Positions 9,544 to 19,377 of a stretch of 64,000 nucleotides of DNA are shown piece after piece. The DNA comes from Candidatus Woesearchaeota archaeon (GTDB lineage Archaea; Nanobdellota; Nanobdellia; Woesearchaeales; UBA11576): the NCBI GenBank assembly GCA_043819495.1, contig JBDRET010000047.1:20065-84064 (forward strand), read 5' to 3'. Positions within the stretch are counted from its first letter, which is position 1. Each line of letters begins with the position of its first letter. The translations under genes and the position numbers were made by a program. The notes below the pieces were generated by a model. The model was given only the letters and a program-made list of their open reading frames with translations, was not told where the DNA came from and searched no databases.

Positions 9544-10323
9544 ATGCCGATATTTGTTGACGTGCACGCGCACCTGGACCATGCCCTTTTCAAGACTGAC
9601 TTAGATGCAGTGATAGAGAGGGCAAGGCAGGCAGGTGTCAAGGTGATCATAGCGAATGGTGTGGAGCCTGTGACCAACAGGGCAGTGCTGGCACTGGCAG
9701 AGAAGTATGACATCGTAAAGCCTGCTCTTGGCATATATCCTCCTGATGCTCTTGAGGCAGAGACGAAAGAAGATACTTACCCTCTAAAGCTGAAGCCTTA
9801 TGATCTTGACGAGGAGATGGAGTTCATAGAGAAGTCAAAGCCGATCGCTCTTGGTGAAGTGGGTCTTGATTACAAGAACGGCAGCAATAAGGGGATGCAG
9901 AAGAAAGTATTCCAGAGATTCATAGATCTTTCAGAGAAGATGGACATCCCGCTCATCATCCACTCAAGAAAAGCGGAGAGTGATGTGGTTGATATGTTGG
10001 AGTCTTCGGATGCAAAGAAGATAATCCTCCATTGTTTCTCTGGAAGGCAGCATCTTGTCAGGCGTGCTGCAGGGCACGGGTGGTCTTTCTCGATCCCTAC
10101 GAATGTCGTGCGCAGCCAGCAGTTCCAGGAGATGGTGGAGCTAGTGCATATCTCGCAGCTCCTTACAGAGACCGATTCCCCTTACCTCACTCCGTTCCGG
10201 GAGAAGCGTAATGAGCCTGCGTTCGTGGTCGAGTCTCTCAAGAAGATCGCTGAGCTGAAAGGGATGACAGTGGAAGATACAGCGAATAATGTGTTCATGA
10301 ATTACCAGAAGATGTTCATGTAA
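9544..10323 (+). CDS. tatD: TatD-family metal-dependent hydrolase/DNase
   Basis: 259 aa. VDVHAHLD start and GEVGLDY motifs. Confidence 0.85.
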   Translation: MPIFVDVHAHLDHALFKTDLDAVIERARQAGVKVIIANGVEPVTNRAVLALAEKYDIVKPALGIYPPDALEAETKEDTYPLKLKPYDLDEEMEFIEKSKPIALGEVGLDYKNGSNKGMQKKVFQRFIDLSEKMDIPLIIHSRKAESDVVDMLESSDAKKIILHCFSGRQHLVRRAAGHGWSFSIPTNVVRSQQFQEMVELVHISQLLTETDSPYLTPFREKRNEPAFVVESLKKIAELKGMTVEDTANNVFMNYQKMFM

Positions 10324-10399
10324 TCTATTTCTTAATTATTTAAACCCGGAATATCTCCAGTTTTTTCGTAATTAATCACAAGTCACTAGACATTCTGGG

Positions 10400-11620
10400 A
10401 TGGGATATATTAACTTTCAACGCCTGATGGTTCATATGCAAGATAGGAGTAATTTATCTAGATTGATTGAATCGAATCTTATTAATCATGCTGATTTACC
10501 GTCGACATTAATGGTTGAGATCAAAGACAGATTTAGAAAGAGATTGTTTGATGGATTATCTGTTTACAAACTTAATAGTATATTTCCAAAGCATTCAGTA
10601 TCTAGTTTCAAGAATTACAAGAGAGGTGCTTTTATTCCTGTATGTTTATTTGAAGAGTTAGTAAGATTAAAAAATATCGATATTGAGGAGGTGAACAGAG
10701 GCATACTTAAAGTCAAAAAAAGGCTTTGCGGGCTGCCCATAAAAATAAGTCTGCCTATTTGTTGTTCAGAGCAACTCGCTGAACTTGTTGGACATACATT
10801 TGGAGATGGACACATATCTGAAGGAGGCAGGTTTGTCTATGTTAACACGTCTGGAAGGCTGATTGAAAAGGTAAGACGCTTGGTATGCTATGTGTTCGGG
10901 GATTCAATATGGTGCAACTACCGAAAAAGAAGTGACGGATCTTTTTCTTTGCATTACCCTTCGGCAATAGGGGAACTTCTGGCGGGATTAGGTTGCATTA
11001 AGGGTAATAAGTTTAAACAGGTATTCGATGTTCCTGATTGGATCAAATCAGGAAGTCTGAACTTTAAAGCAGCATTTGTTCGTGCATTATTTGATGATGA
11101 AGGTTCCGTCAGTAATTCTAGAATTGCTATCAACATGGCGAAACAAGAATCTCTTGAATCGGGTCTAAGAACTTTCTTCAATTCTATTATCAGTATCTTG
11201 AACGATTTGAGAATTAGACCGGGAAATGTCGTTGTATGTGCTAGAAGGCAGAATAAGAATGGTGCTAGAGCAGTAGGATTACTTTTTGTTATATGTGGTC
11301 TAGTAGAACTCAAGAATTTTTCAGAGAATGTTGGATTTGTACATCCTTTAAAAAGAGAGAGGTTACAAAACTTGGTGACCTCTTTTATACAGCCTAATTA
11401 TCATGATGGTGAAGCGCGAACCATCATCTTAGATGAAATTCGAGGTTTAATGTCTACTAAAGAAATATGCGAAGTGATTGACAGATGTATGAAAACAACA
11501 AGGTATCACCTGAAACTGCTGGAAAAAGAAGGTAAGATTAAAAAAGTAGTGGCTCACAAGAGCAGATGGTTATGGCAATTAAGCGACCAATCAAAAGAAC
11601 GAAGTACTTCTCTCACTTAA
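10400..11620 (+). CDS. Free-standing LAGLIDADG homing-endonuclease-like protein with flanking HTH/wHTH regions
   Basis: 406 aa. Two LAGLIDADG blocks (LAELVGHTFGDGHIS and FVRALFDDEGSVS). C-terminal wHTH-like TRYHLKLLEKEGKIKK. Visibly more AT-rich than its neighbours. Confidence 0.7.
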   Translation: MGYINFQRLMVHMQDRSNLSRLIESNLINHADLPSTLMVEIKDRFRKRLFDGLSVYKLNSIFPKHSVSSFKNYKRGAFIPVCLFEELVRLKNIDIEEVNRGILKVKKRLCGLPIKISLPICCSEQLAELVGHTFGDGHISEGGRFVYVNTSGRLIEKVRRLVCYVFGDSIWCNYRKRSDGSFSLHYPSAIGELLAGLGCIKGNKFKQVFDVPDWIKSGSLNFKAAFVRALFDDEGSVSNSRIAINMAKQESLESGLRTFFNSIISILNDLRIRPGNVVVCARRQNKNGARAVGLLFVICGLVELKNFSENVGFVHPLKRERLQNLVTSFIQPNYHDGEARTIILDEIRGLMSTKEICEVIDRCMKTTRYHLKLLEKEGKIKKVVAHKSRWLWQLSDQSKERSTSLT

Positions 11621-12729
11621 TCGGAACCCTACCTAAAGGTTGCGCTCTTTGTGTTGGTGGCTTTAAGACTGTGGTTTTTATTACAGGTCTCTGTCCGCGC
11701 CATTGTTCTTACTGTCCTATATCTGATTTGAAGTTCCAGAAGGATGTCACATTCGCTAATGAGTGGCCTACCTCTGATCCTGGTGAGCTGATCCGCGAGG
11801 CAGAACTGTGCAGTGCGAAAGGGGCAGGGTTCACTGGTGGGGATCCATTGGTGAAGATCCGAAGGACTGTCTCTTACATCAAAGCGCTGAAGAAGTATTT
11901 CGGAAAAGCGTTCCATATACATCTCTATACTTCTTTTGATCTTGCGACACCGGAGAATCTCAGGGTGCTCTATGATGCAGGTCTTGACGAGATACGTTTT
12001 CATCCTGACTTGTGGGACAGGAAGCTGTGGGGGCGGATCGATAACGCGACAGCTTTTGGTTGGGATGTCGGTGTCGAGATCCCCGTAGTGCCAGATATGA
12101 AGGCACAGACACTTGAACTCATGGGATTCATCAACAATAAGGTGAAGTTCCTGAACCTGAATGAGCTTGAGGTTTCTGATGCAGGTGCAAGTAAGCTTAC
12201 AGAGCAGGGGTACAAGACAAAAGACAGTCTGTCTTATGGGATAAAAGGTTCAGAGAAGCTGGCAAAAGAGCTTCTTCGCCATGCTGCAAAGCATTTCTCT
12301 TACTCAGTCCACTACTGTACTGCAAAGCTCAAGGATAAGGTCCAGCTTGCAAAGCGCATCCAGCTAAGGGCAAAGAAGGTCAGGCAGAAGTTTGACATAG
12401 TGAACAAGGATGGCACATTGACAAGAGGGGTGATATATCTTCATTTCCTGATACCTTCTTTCAACTATCTTGATGCTCTATCAAAACTGAGGCCTGAGCA
12501 GAGGCAGTTTGCTCTCTCCAGACTGGAGATTGTGCGCAAGCACCTGATGAGGGAATATGGAGTGCCTGCAGATATGCTATTGATAGACAGGCAGCGCATC
12601 CGCCTACTGACCAATGTAGGTGTTGTCCAGCACCTTGCAAAGCAGCTCAAGGATGCTACTCTCAGACCTGCGATAGTGACCGAATACCCTACGTGGGATG
12701 CGCTTATCGTGGAATTGGAGTGGGTCTGA
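11566..12729 (+). CDS. Radical SAM domain protein
   Basis: 387 aa. CPRHCSYC (CxxxCxxC) cluster motif. The annotated start overlaps the previous gene by 55 nt, so the true start is uncertain. Confidence 0.75.
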   Translation: MVMAIKRPIKRTKYFSHLIGTLPKGCALCVGGFKTVVFITGLCPRHCSYCPISDLKFQKDVTFANEWPTSDPGELIREAELCSAKGAGFTGGDPLVKIRRTVSYIKALKKYFGKAFHIHLYTSFDLATPENLRVLYDAGLDEIRFHPDLWDRKLWGRIDNATAFGWDVGVEIPVVPDMKAQTLELMGFINNKVKFLNLNELEVSDAGASKLTEQGYKTKDSLSYGIKGSEKLAKELLRHAAKHFSYSVHYCTAKLKDKVQLAKRIQLRAKKVRQKFDIVNKDGTLTRGVIYLHFLIPSFNYLDALSKLRPEQRQFALSRLEIVRKHLMREYGVPADMLLIDRQRIRLLTNVGVVQHLAKQLKDATLRPAIVTEYPTWDALIVELEWV

Positions 12730-12771
12730 TGCGCAATATTTATTAATGCAGATTCTTCTGAATACGATAAC

Positions 12772-14028
12772 ATGTTTAAAAAGAGGTCAAAGAAGGCATT
12801 GTCTCATGTAGATTGGGCGATGTCGCTTGCAATATTCCTTCTTTACCTTGCGTGGTTCTTCATATTTGTAAAGCCATTGCTGGCCCCTTCGCAGACAATG
12901 AATACCCTCCTTGACATACTTGATGAGGGTGTGACGGATGTGCTTTTCCAGGATGTGGAGCGGGTGAGGATGTTCATGCCAGGGGAGTTTGATAATGATT
13001 ACGAACCGATCATAATACCATTCAGCCGTACATGGAAGACTTCTGATATCGCGCATTCAGAAGAGTACTTTGTGATAGATGCTGGAAGGATGTTCTTCCT
13101 TGGGAATGTTTCAAAGAGCAGGGAGTTTAGGATGTATTATCCTCACCGTGCCCTGATCACTAAGACGCCCCGCACTATCATCGCAAGTGAGGACCGTGCC
13201 TGGGTCGGCTCTTTCAGCGCATACTTCAGCTCTTACCTGCTTGACCGTATCCAGTTCTTCGGCAAGGACAGGTTGCGTGATTTCGCAGTGGATGTGGACG
13301 AGCGTGATATCCAGGAAGAGGGTGAGATGGATAATTTCACCATGATGGCCAAATACTCACGGATGGATGAAGCGCTCAATATATCATCGTATGTCTTGGC
13401 TGAGAATTCGCGAGTATATTCATACATCAGCTCTGCTGACTATCGCAACCATTCGGTAATCATAGACTTCACGGCATACAATTATACGAGGTTCTACTTC
13501 AATCCTTCTGACCAGGGCACTCTCAGTTATAGCATAAGGCCTTCTTGTAAATACTACAAGAGCGACTTCCTTGACCTTTCAGATACAGACTCAGGGATGC
13601 TCATCACTTTTGATGAGGATATAGACATGAGGCTATGTACCAATGAGACTGATGTACAGGTCCGTCTTGAGTTTGATCTGACGACAGCAGGTGACAGCAA
13701 TCTTGACATATTCCTGCACGAGGGAGGTGTGGAAGATATGCTTGACTACCCTGTTGAACCTCGCGTGGGGATAACTGAGACTCTGGACACTGTGTCATCA
13801 AAGCAGGTAGCGCTCATGAGAGGGAAGGATTATGGTTATCTTAAGCAGCTGTTCAATTACCCTGATGATAGGGATTTCAATGTGACTGTCGAGAGCGTTG
13901 TGATAAATGCTACATATGGGCGTCCACACCCCGAGGTCGCAGATATATATGCAAGGAAAGTAGATGGGTACATACTTGGAGAAGAGTATGGTACAGAGCG
14001 GGTCCTGATTACCTTGTCAGTATGGTGA
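12772..14028 (+). CDS. Membrane-anchored protein with pilin-like (class III signal peptide-like) N-terminus
   Basis: 418 aa. N-terminus KKALSHVDWAMSLAIFLLYLAWFFIF. The rest looks extracellular, with several N-x-S/T sites. Confidence 0.5.
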   Translation: MFKKRSKKALSHVDWAMSLAIFLLYLAWFFIFVKPLLAPSQTMNTLLDILDEGVTDVLFQDVERVRMFMPGEFDNDYEPIIIPFSRTWKTSDIAHSEEYFVIDAGRMFFLGNVSKSREFRMYYPHRALITKTPRTIIASEDRAWVGSFSAYFSSYLLDRIQFFGKDRLRDFAVDVDERDIQEEGEMDNFTMMAKYSRMDEALNISSYVLAENSRVYSYISSADYRNHSVIIDFTAYNYTRFYFNPSDQGTLSYSIRPSCKYYKSDFLDLSDTDSGMLITFDEDIDMRLCTNETDVQVRLEFDLTTAGDSNLDIFLHEGGVEDMLDYPVEPRVGITETLDTVSSKQVALMRGKDYGYLKQLFNYPDDRDFNVTVESVVINATYGRPHPEVADIYARKVDGYILGEEYGTERVLITLSVW

Positions 14029-14032
14029 TTAT

Positions 14033-14422
14033 ATGATGATTGCAAGAAAGATGATCTCAAGAAAAAAGGCATACATGAGGACTCTTGAGGCATTCTTTGC
14101 TTTTTTCCTCACGTTCATATTCGTTGTATTCATAGTGCTGAAAGGGGTTAGCATAAAAGGAGGGCATGAACAGCTTGAGATACTCCCTGCTCTTGAGCAG
14201 CGTGATGATTTCAGGGATTGTGTCTATGAGAGCAACATCACCTGTCTTGAGAATCTTACTCGACCGTTTGTTCCAATGACTTACAATCTTAAGGTCTCCA
14301 TCGACTCTCCTGATCCTTTTAAAGGAGCAAAGGATATTTATACGGAGACGCTTTTTGTATCATCTAATCAGACGAGCGATTACAAGGTCGTGTACCTGTA
14401 TTACTGGCTCGTGTCTGGCTAA
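14033..14422 (+). CDS. Small pilin-like protein (class III signal peptide-like)
   Basis: 129 aa. RKKAYMRTLEAFFAFFLTFIFVVFIVL N-terminus. Confidence 0.5.
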   Translation: MMIARKMISRKKAYMRTLEAFFAFFLTFIFVVFIVLKGVSIKGGHEQLEILPALEQRDDFRDCVYESNITCLENLTRPFVPMTYNLKVSIDSPDPFKGAKDIYTETLFVSSNQTSDYKVVYLYYWLVSG

Positions 14423-14425
14423 GAG

Positions 14426-14872
14426 GTGTTCATTATGAAGATCGAGATAGATACCGAACATGCTTCTAAGGATGAGATGAAACATCTTGCTGCGTTGCTG
14501 CACGCATTATCAGGGGAGTCAGACCGGAGCTTTTCGATGAGCAGAAAAAGCAGATCAGCTACACCAGGACAGTCAGGTCCAAGAAACATATTTGATGATC
14601 CTGCCCCTGCAGGTGGATTTTTCAGTATGTTTGGAGATCCATCACCGGCAACGCCGACACAATCTTCATCAGAGCAGGTATCGACTGTTTCACCAGCACC
14701 TGCACAGGGTGCTTCAGTAGGTGATATGTTCTCGATATTTGGCTCTGACCCTTCACCATCCGCAGTGACAGGTGCTTCGGGTGCGGAGTCATATGGCTCT
14801 GTAGCAGAAGAGGATGAGACTCCCACGACTGCAGAGGAACTTCTTGATGATGATAGGATAGTACCGTATTAA
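14426..14872 (+). CDS. Acidic, Ser/Pro/Ala-rich, probably disordered protein
   Basis: 148-aa ORF tightly packed after 14033..14422. Low-complexity middle region. C-terminus EELLDDDRIVPY. Confidence 0.4.
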   Translation: MFIMKIEIDTEHASKDEMKHLAALLHALSGESDRSFSMSRKSRSATPGQSGPRNIFDDPAPAGGFFSMFGDPSPATPTQSSSEQVSTVSPAPAQGASVGDMFSIFGSDPSPSAVTGASGAESYGSVAEEDETPTTAEELLDDDRIVPY

Positions 14873-14900
14873 ATATATGTGACGTGCAGAGATATTGATT

Positions 14901-15317
14901 ATGATGGAAAAATATAAGTTCTTTGACAAGATAACCTCTGACGTATTGTTTGAGGCATACGGGAAAGATCTGGCAGAAGTATTTGTCAATGCAGCTGAAG
15001 CGATGTTCTCAGTGATGTGCAAGATTGAACAGGTAGAGGCCAAAGAAGGGCATACTGTTGAAGTGAGATCTGATTCTACAGAGGGATTGATGGTAGAGTG
15101 GCTTCAGACACTCATAGCAGAAGTGGATATCCAGGAGATGTTCTTCTCAAGATTCGAGATCATTGAGATTGATGAGACTCACCTCAAGGCAACGATCCAC
15201 GGCGAGTCGATATCTGCTGAGAAAGGTGAGACTGTCGTGAAAGCTGTTACGTATCATCAATATGAATTCAAGAAGACTGAGTATGGTTATATGTGCAGGG
15301 TGAGTCTGGATATCTGA
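14901..15317 (+). CDS. Archease (activator of the RtcB tRNA-splicing ligase)
   Basis: ORF track starts at TTG 14895; the ATG at 14901 is preferred. MEKYKFFDKITSDVLFEAYGKDLAEVF...VKAVTYHQYEF matches the archease pattern. Confidence 0.8.
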   Translation: MMEKYKFFDKITSDVLFEAYGKDLAEVFVNAAEAMFSVMCKIEQVEAKEGHTVEVRSDSTEGLMVEWLQTLIAEVDIQEMFFSRFEIIEIDETHLKATIHGESISAEKGETVVKAVTYHQYEFKKTEYGYMCRVSLDI

Positions 15318-15321
15318 TGTT

Positions 15322-16299
15322 TCATGCTGACATTCTCTTCGGCAGGTAATCGAACTTGTATTCTGTTGTGTATTCCATGAAGTAATAGTCTTGGATCACA
15401 TCTGAGAATTTCAGCTGCATGTCTCTTATTATCTTGTAGAGCTCTTGGTTGTTGTCTACCTGCACCTCAATCTCAAGGTCATCGCCTCCGACCGCTTCTA
15501 CGACGTATACGATGTCAGGGTGCTGCAGTGAATACTGCAGTAATGACCTGAATTTCTGCAGTGAATAGTTCTTCAGTTTGAAATGTACCTTGAAATATGC
15601 CTTGTCGAGCTTGTTTATGTCGAGGAATGTGACAAATCCAAGGATCACTTTGCTGTCTATCATCTTTTTTATCCTTTCCTTGACCAGTTTCGGCGTGACT
15701 TTCAGCTTTGACGCGATATCGATGTACTTCATCCTTGCGTTTGTTATTATGATGTTCAGTATCTTTTTGTCCAGCGCGTCTATCTCCCTGACCTTCTCGC
15801 TCTTGCCTATGCCCATGATGAGGTCTTCATCGCCTTTCCTGCCATCAAGGAGATATCCTCTCTTGTAGTGGTGCAGCTTTGTCATGGTAGACACCCAGTA
15901 GTCCTGGATGTATTGGCCGAACTCCTGCTTGAGCTCCTTGATGAACTCTTCATATTCATAGATGGACTCTACGAAGTTCATGGTGGTGAGGTTCCACTTG
16001 CCTTCTACCTTGGTCACCCAGTTTACGCGGGCCATCAGGAACGCTATGAGCTCTTTCTCCTTCTCAGCAGTGAGGCCTGTGAACTTGTAGTATGTCCTGA
16101 ACATCAGGAAACCTAGGCGTAATGTGTCTACAATCGTGTTGTATGATCTTATCACCCCTTGCTTCTCTAGCTTCTCTAACCGATACCTTACGACCTCTCT
16201 GGATAGCAGTGTCTTCTTTGCTAATTCTAGCTCAGAAGCCCTTGCATTCAATTCTAATGCATAAAGTAGTTTTCTATCCTTCTTGTCAAGCTTCACCAT
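15322..16299 (-). CDS. Lrp/AsnC-family transcriptional regulator, tandem-duplicated
   Basis: 325 aa. Two HTH_AsnC-like units (LDKKDRKLLYALELNARAS..., LDKKILNIIITNARMKYIDIA...). Confidence 0.7.
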   Translation of the reverse strand: MVKLDKKDRKLLYALELNARASELELAKKTLLSREVVRYRLEKLEKQGVIRSYNTIVDTLRLGFLMFRTYYKFTGLTAEKEKELIAFLMARVNWVTKVEGKWNLTTMNFVESIYEYEEFIKELKQEFGQYIQDYWVSTMTKLHHYKRGYLLDGRKGDEDLIMGIGKSEKVREIDALDKKILNIIITNARMKYIDIASKLKVTPKLVKERIKKMIDSKVILGFVTFLDINKLDKAYFKVHFKLKNYSLQKFRSLLQYSLQHPDIVYVVEAVGGDDLEIEVQVDNNQELYKIIRDMQLKFSDVIQDYYFMEYTTEYKFDYLPKRMSA

Positions 16300-16433
16300 A
16301 TATTACACAAAAACTTCTATCATATATAAAAATATCGGAAATATTGTGTAAAAATTAATAAAAAGTTTTAAATAAAGGTTCTAATATTGTAATCACTAAT
16401 AAGTAACGATTATGTGGCGAATTAAGATGGGAT

Positions 16434-17528
16434 TTGATTATTATGGAGTCTAGAGGTATGAAGATGAACGAAAAAAACAAAGAACTTGAGAGATTGTTGG
16501 AGAGCTCTAGGATAGCTCGTATGGTTGCAGGTAAGTTTCCTTTATGGAGGCTGCCGCGGTTTGCAGGTGAGGCAGAGTCTTTCATTAAGACTTATACGCC
16601 GATGGATAGTGATGCAGGGTCATTCAAGAAGTCTCCTGGACTGACGCAGAGGTATATTCTGGGTGAAGATGTGGCTGTCGAAGAAGTCCGAGGAGTGATA
16701 TCGACATATCTTCAGATGCGTAGGGATTTAGGACAGGTATGGGGACATCTTGATCGGAAGTTCAAGGACATCATGACTGGCAATCAGATAAAAGAGCACG
16801 AGTTTCAGTCCCTTGTAAGCAGAGAAGGTAATATGAAAGGAGCAGGTAGTGATTACATACATGCAACTCGACCTCCTCTTTCAAAAGATCCTTTCGATGT
16901 CGGTGAAAAAGGGCTTAGGGATGCAATCAGGAAAGAGTATGCGAAGTTTGCTACAGATGAGTTTTCTGTAGATGATAACCTCCTTTACGCTCTTGTGACT
17001 GGCGCTAACGACCACGTGAAGAATGAGAGGTTCGGTTATCTTCCCATACTGTTTGACGAGGGCCTACGGGCCAAGTATCCTGAGGATTGCCAGCTGCTTG
17101 CAGGAGTGTATAAACCCTGGGTGGAAAAGACTCTTCCTATCATCAAGGGACATAGGCATGACCTTGTTGCTGATGTTGAGATCGCTCTTGATCTGCTGCA
17201 GAAAGAATATCCTGAACATTCTGATAGTTCAACGTATCAGATGGATGCTGATGACATAAGTACTAGATTATCTGAGATATATGGTGCTTTGAAGTCAGAG
17301 GAATGTGATGGACGGACTAGACCATCTGTAGGTGCAGGTCTTGTGAGTGCAGGTCTAAAAATCTGCAATGAGTACAGAGAAAGGATTCAGTCAGACCCTG
17401 AAATGAAGAAGATGGGGACCTACATCGTGAACAGGCTTCCAGAGTTTTACTTCGGAGGTCCCAAGACAGATGCATTCACGAGGAGGATATTATCCAAGAC
17501 TCTTGCTGAGCTGGATGATGATAAGTGA
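16434..17528 (+). CDS. Hypothetical protein
   Basis: 364-aa ORF. No recognisable motif. Start uncertain, with several Met codons near the N-terminus. Confidence 0.45.
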   Translation: MIIMESRGMKMNEKNKELERLLESSRIARMVAGKFPLWRLPRFAGEAESFIKTYTPMDSDAGSFKKSPGLTQRYILGEDVAVEEVRGVISTYLQMRRDLGQVWGHLDRKFKDIMTGNQIKEHEFQSLVSREGNMKGAGSDYIHATRPPLSKDPFDVGEKGLRDAIRKEYAKFATDEFSVDDNLLYALVTGANDHVKNERFGYLPILFDEGLRAKYPEDCQLLAGVYKPWVEKTLPIIKGHRHDLVADVEIALDLLQKEYPEHSDSSTYQMDADDISTRLSEIYGALKSEECDGRTRPSVGAGLVSAGLKICNEYRERIQSDPEMKKMGTYIVNRLPEFYFGGPKTDAFTRRILSKTLAELDDDK

Positions 17529-17534
17529 TTTGCA

Positions 17535-18563
17535 TTAATCTTTTTTCTTCCTCTCACAATACCTCTTCGCGAAAGTCGCTGCAACCATCAACGGAAACAC
17601 GACAGTAGCTTCGCACTTTATCTTCACATTAGGGGCATTGACTTTCACTTTTGCCCAGCTCATCGCTTCCTGCTGGTTGCCTCCGCTATCAGATGCATCA
17701 AACTCTTGAGCTGTAGTTATGTACACAGCATAATCAAGACCATCAGCAAAGATATTGGCATTTAACACATAATGTTTAGGCACTCCACCTCCCAATAACA
17801 CAGCACCTTTCTTTTCCCAATTTAACACCAGGTCGACGATCTTCTTATGGTCGCCTACGATGTCTATCTGCAGGTCAGGCAGTTTGTTGTGTTGGAAGTA
17901 CATGAGATCCCCTATCGAACCATCAGTGAGTGCAGGGCAGAATACCGGTATGTCATTCTTGGCAGCCCAATAGAGAAAACTTTCCTCGTTCTCCACAGCA
18001 ATACCTAGTTCGCGCGTGAATTCTGATGTGGTGAGCGGTCTTCCTTTCTCTTTCTGCTTTGTGTATATCTTCTCGAAGAACGGATTCATGAACCTCTCAA
18101 AGTAGAGGTATCTGTCTGCAGGAGCAAATATGTTTCCTATCCTACCTACTCCTTTCTCAAAAAGCATCCTTCCTGGCGCGTCAAATGAGCCTACGACAAA
18201 GGGCTTTAGTGTCTTGATGACATCCTCTTCAACAGCACCTGCGGATGTAGTGATGCAGTCGACGAACTTGTGTTTCACGAGAAACACGATCATCTCGCGG
18301 AGGCCTGATGATATTATGTTTGATGTCATGGACAGGAATATCTTTGCCCCATCATCCATCATTGTGTTGATTATCTCGATACCTCGGGACATCTCTGTCG
18401 CTTGTATCCCTGTCGTTGCCATCGATTCGACAAACTTGTCAAAGTCAAATTCCTGTTCAAAATCATACCCTTTTATCTTAGGATAGTCATCCAGTGTAGT
18501 GTATGTCCTTATACCTGAGGACTGTTCTTGATATATTCTTGGCTTTTCATACATAGTTCTCAC
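17535..18563 (-). CDS. dys: Deoxyhypusine synthase
   Basis: 342 aa. LLGGGVPKHYV motif and overall deoxyhypusine synthase pattern. Confidence 0.85.
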   Translation of the reverse strand: MRTMYEKPRIYQEQSSGIRTYTTLDDYPKIKGYDFEQEFDFDKFVESMATTGIQATEMSRGIEIINTMMDDGAKIFLSMTSNIISSGLREMIVFLVKHKFVDCITTSAGAVEEDVIKTLKPFVVGSFDAPGRMLFEKGVGRIGNIFAPADRYLYFERFMNPFFEKIYTKQKEKGRPLTTSEFTRELGIAVENEESFLYWAAKNDIPVFCPALTDGSIGDLMYFQHNKLPDLQIDIVGDHKKIVDLVLNWEKKGAVLLGGGVPKHYVLNANIFADGLDYAVYITTAQEFDASDSGGNQQEAMSWAKVKVNAPNVKIKCEATVVFPLMVAATFAKRYCERKKKD

Positions 18564-18712
18564 CTTGATGATTGATCATCATTTACTCAACAAAGGAGCA
18601 TAAAAGAAGATTATTGTAGTGTTTACTCTGATCAGAAGTAGTTATATCCTGAGATGCTTGTATGTTGAATAGATAAAATCAGACCCCATGTAAAAAAGGG
18701 GTCCTCTTTAAT

Positions 18713-19150
18713 TTAAAAAGCTTTTGTAATCTCTGGAGTCAGGAGTGTCTTATGGAAGTCCTCGCCTCTCTTGACAAGGTGTGTTTTCGGATTTTCACAA
18801 CCAAAGAATTCTATCAGTTGCTCCTTGGTCTTCTCAAAATCAAAATTCCTGCAGGAGAATATGTCTAAGAACACAAACTCGTCATCAGGGAATGTGTGCA
18901 ATGATATGTGGCTTTCAGCAAGTATCACAAATCCTGTTATCCCTGGAGTCTCAGCCCATTTGTCTTTGTAGTGCATCATCTTGGGTTCTGATATCCTTGT
19001 CATGCCTATTTTTGCAGGCAGCTCATTTAGAAGTCTTGTAAGCATTTCCATATCTGTTAGCCTGTCCTTGTTGCATTTGTGCAGGTCAAGCATAAGATGT
19101 GGCCCAAAAGCGTTTATTTCTTCCATTTCCCACCTCGAGATTCCATTCAA
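18713..19150 (-). CDS. speH: S-adenosylmethionine decarboxylase proenzyme (pyruvoyl type, SpeH-like)
   Basis: 145 aa. AESHISLHTFPD self-cleavage motif. Confidence 0.8.
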   Translation of the reverse strand: MNGISRWEMEEINAFGPHLMLDLHKCNKDRLTDMEMLTRLLNELPAKIGMTRISEPKMMHYKDKWAETPGITGFVILAESHISLHTFPDDEFVFLDIFSCRNFDFEKTKEQLIEFFGCENPKTHLVKRGEDFHKTLLTPEITKAF

Positions 19151-19377
19151 GACGCATTGGCGATTTAGTCGCTTTCACACTCTTGACGGTCTTCGTCTTT
19201 GTTTTATTTTTTTTAAAAAAGGTTTTAAAAGCGCTTTTCTTAAAACAGTAGTATTTAAAGGTTTTCTTTATACCCGTTTTAAGCTGATTTAAACCGCTTT
19301 TAAGCCATCCGCGTTTTTTTCGGACTTTTTAATTTCCATTCCAAACATTTAAAACCATTTCGCGATGTTTTTTTTGT

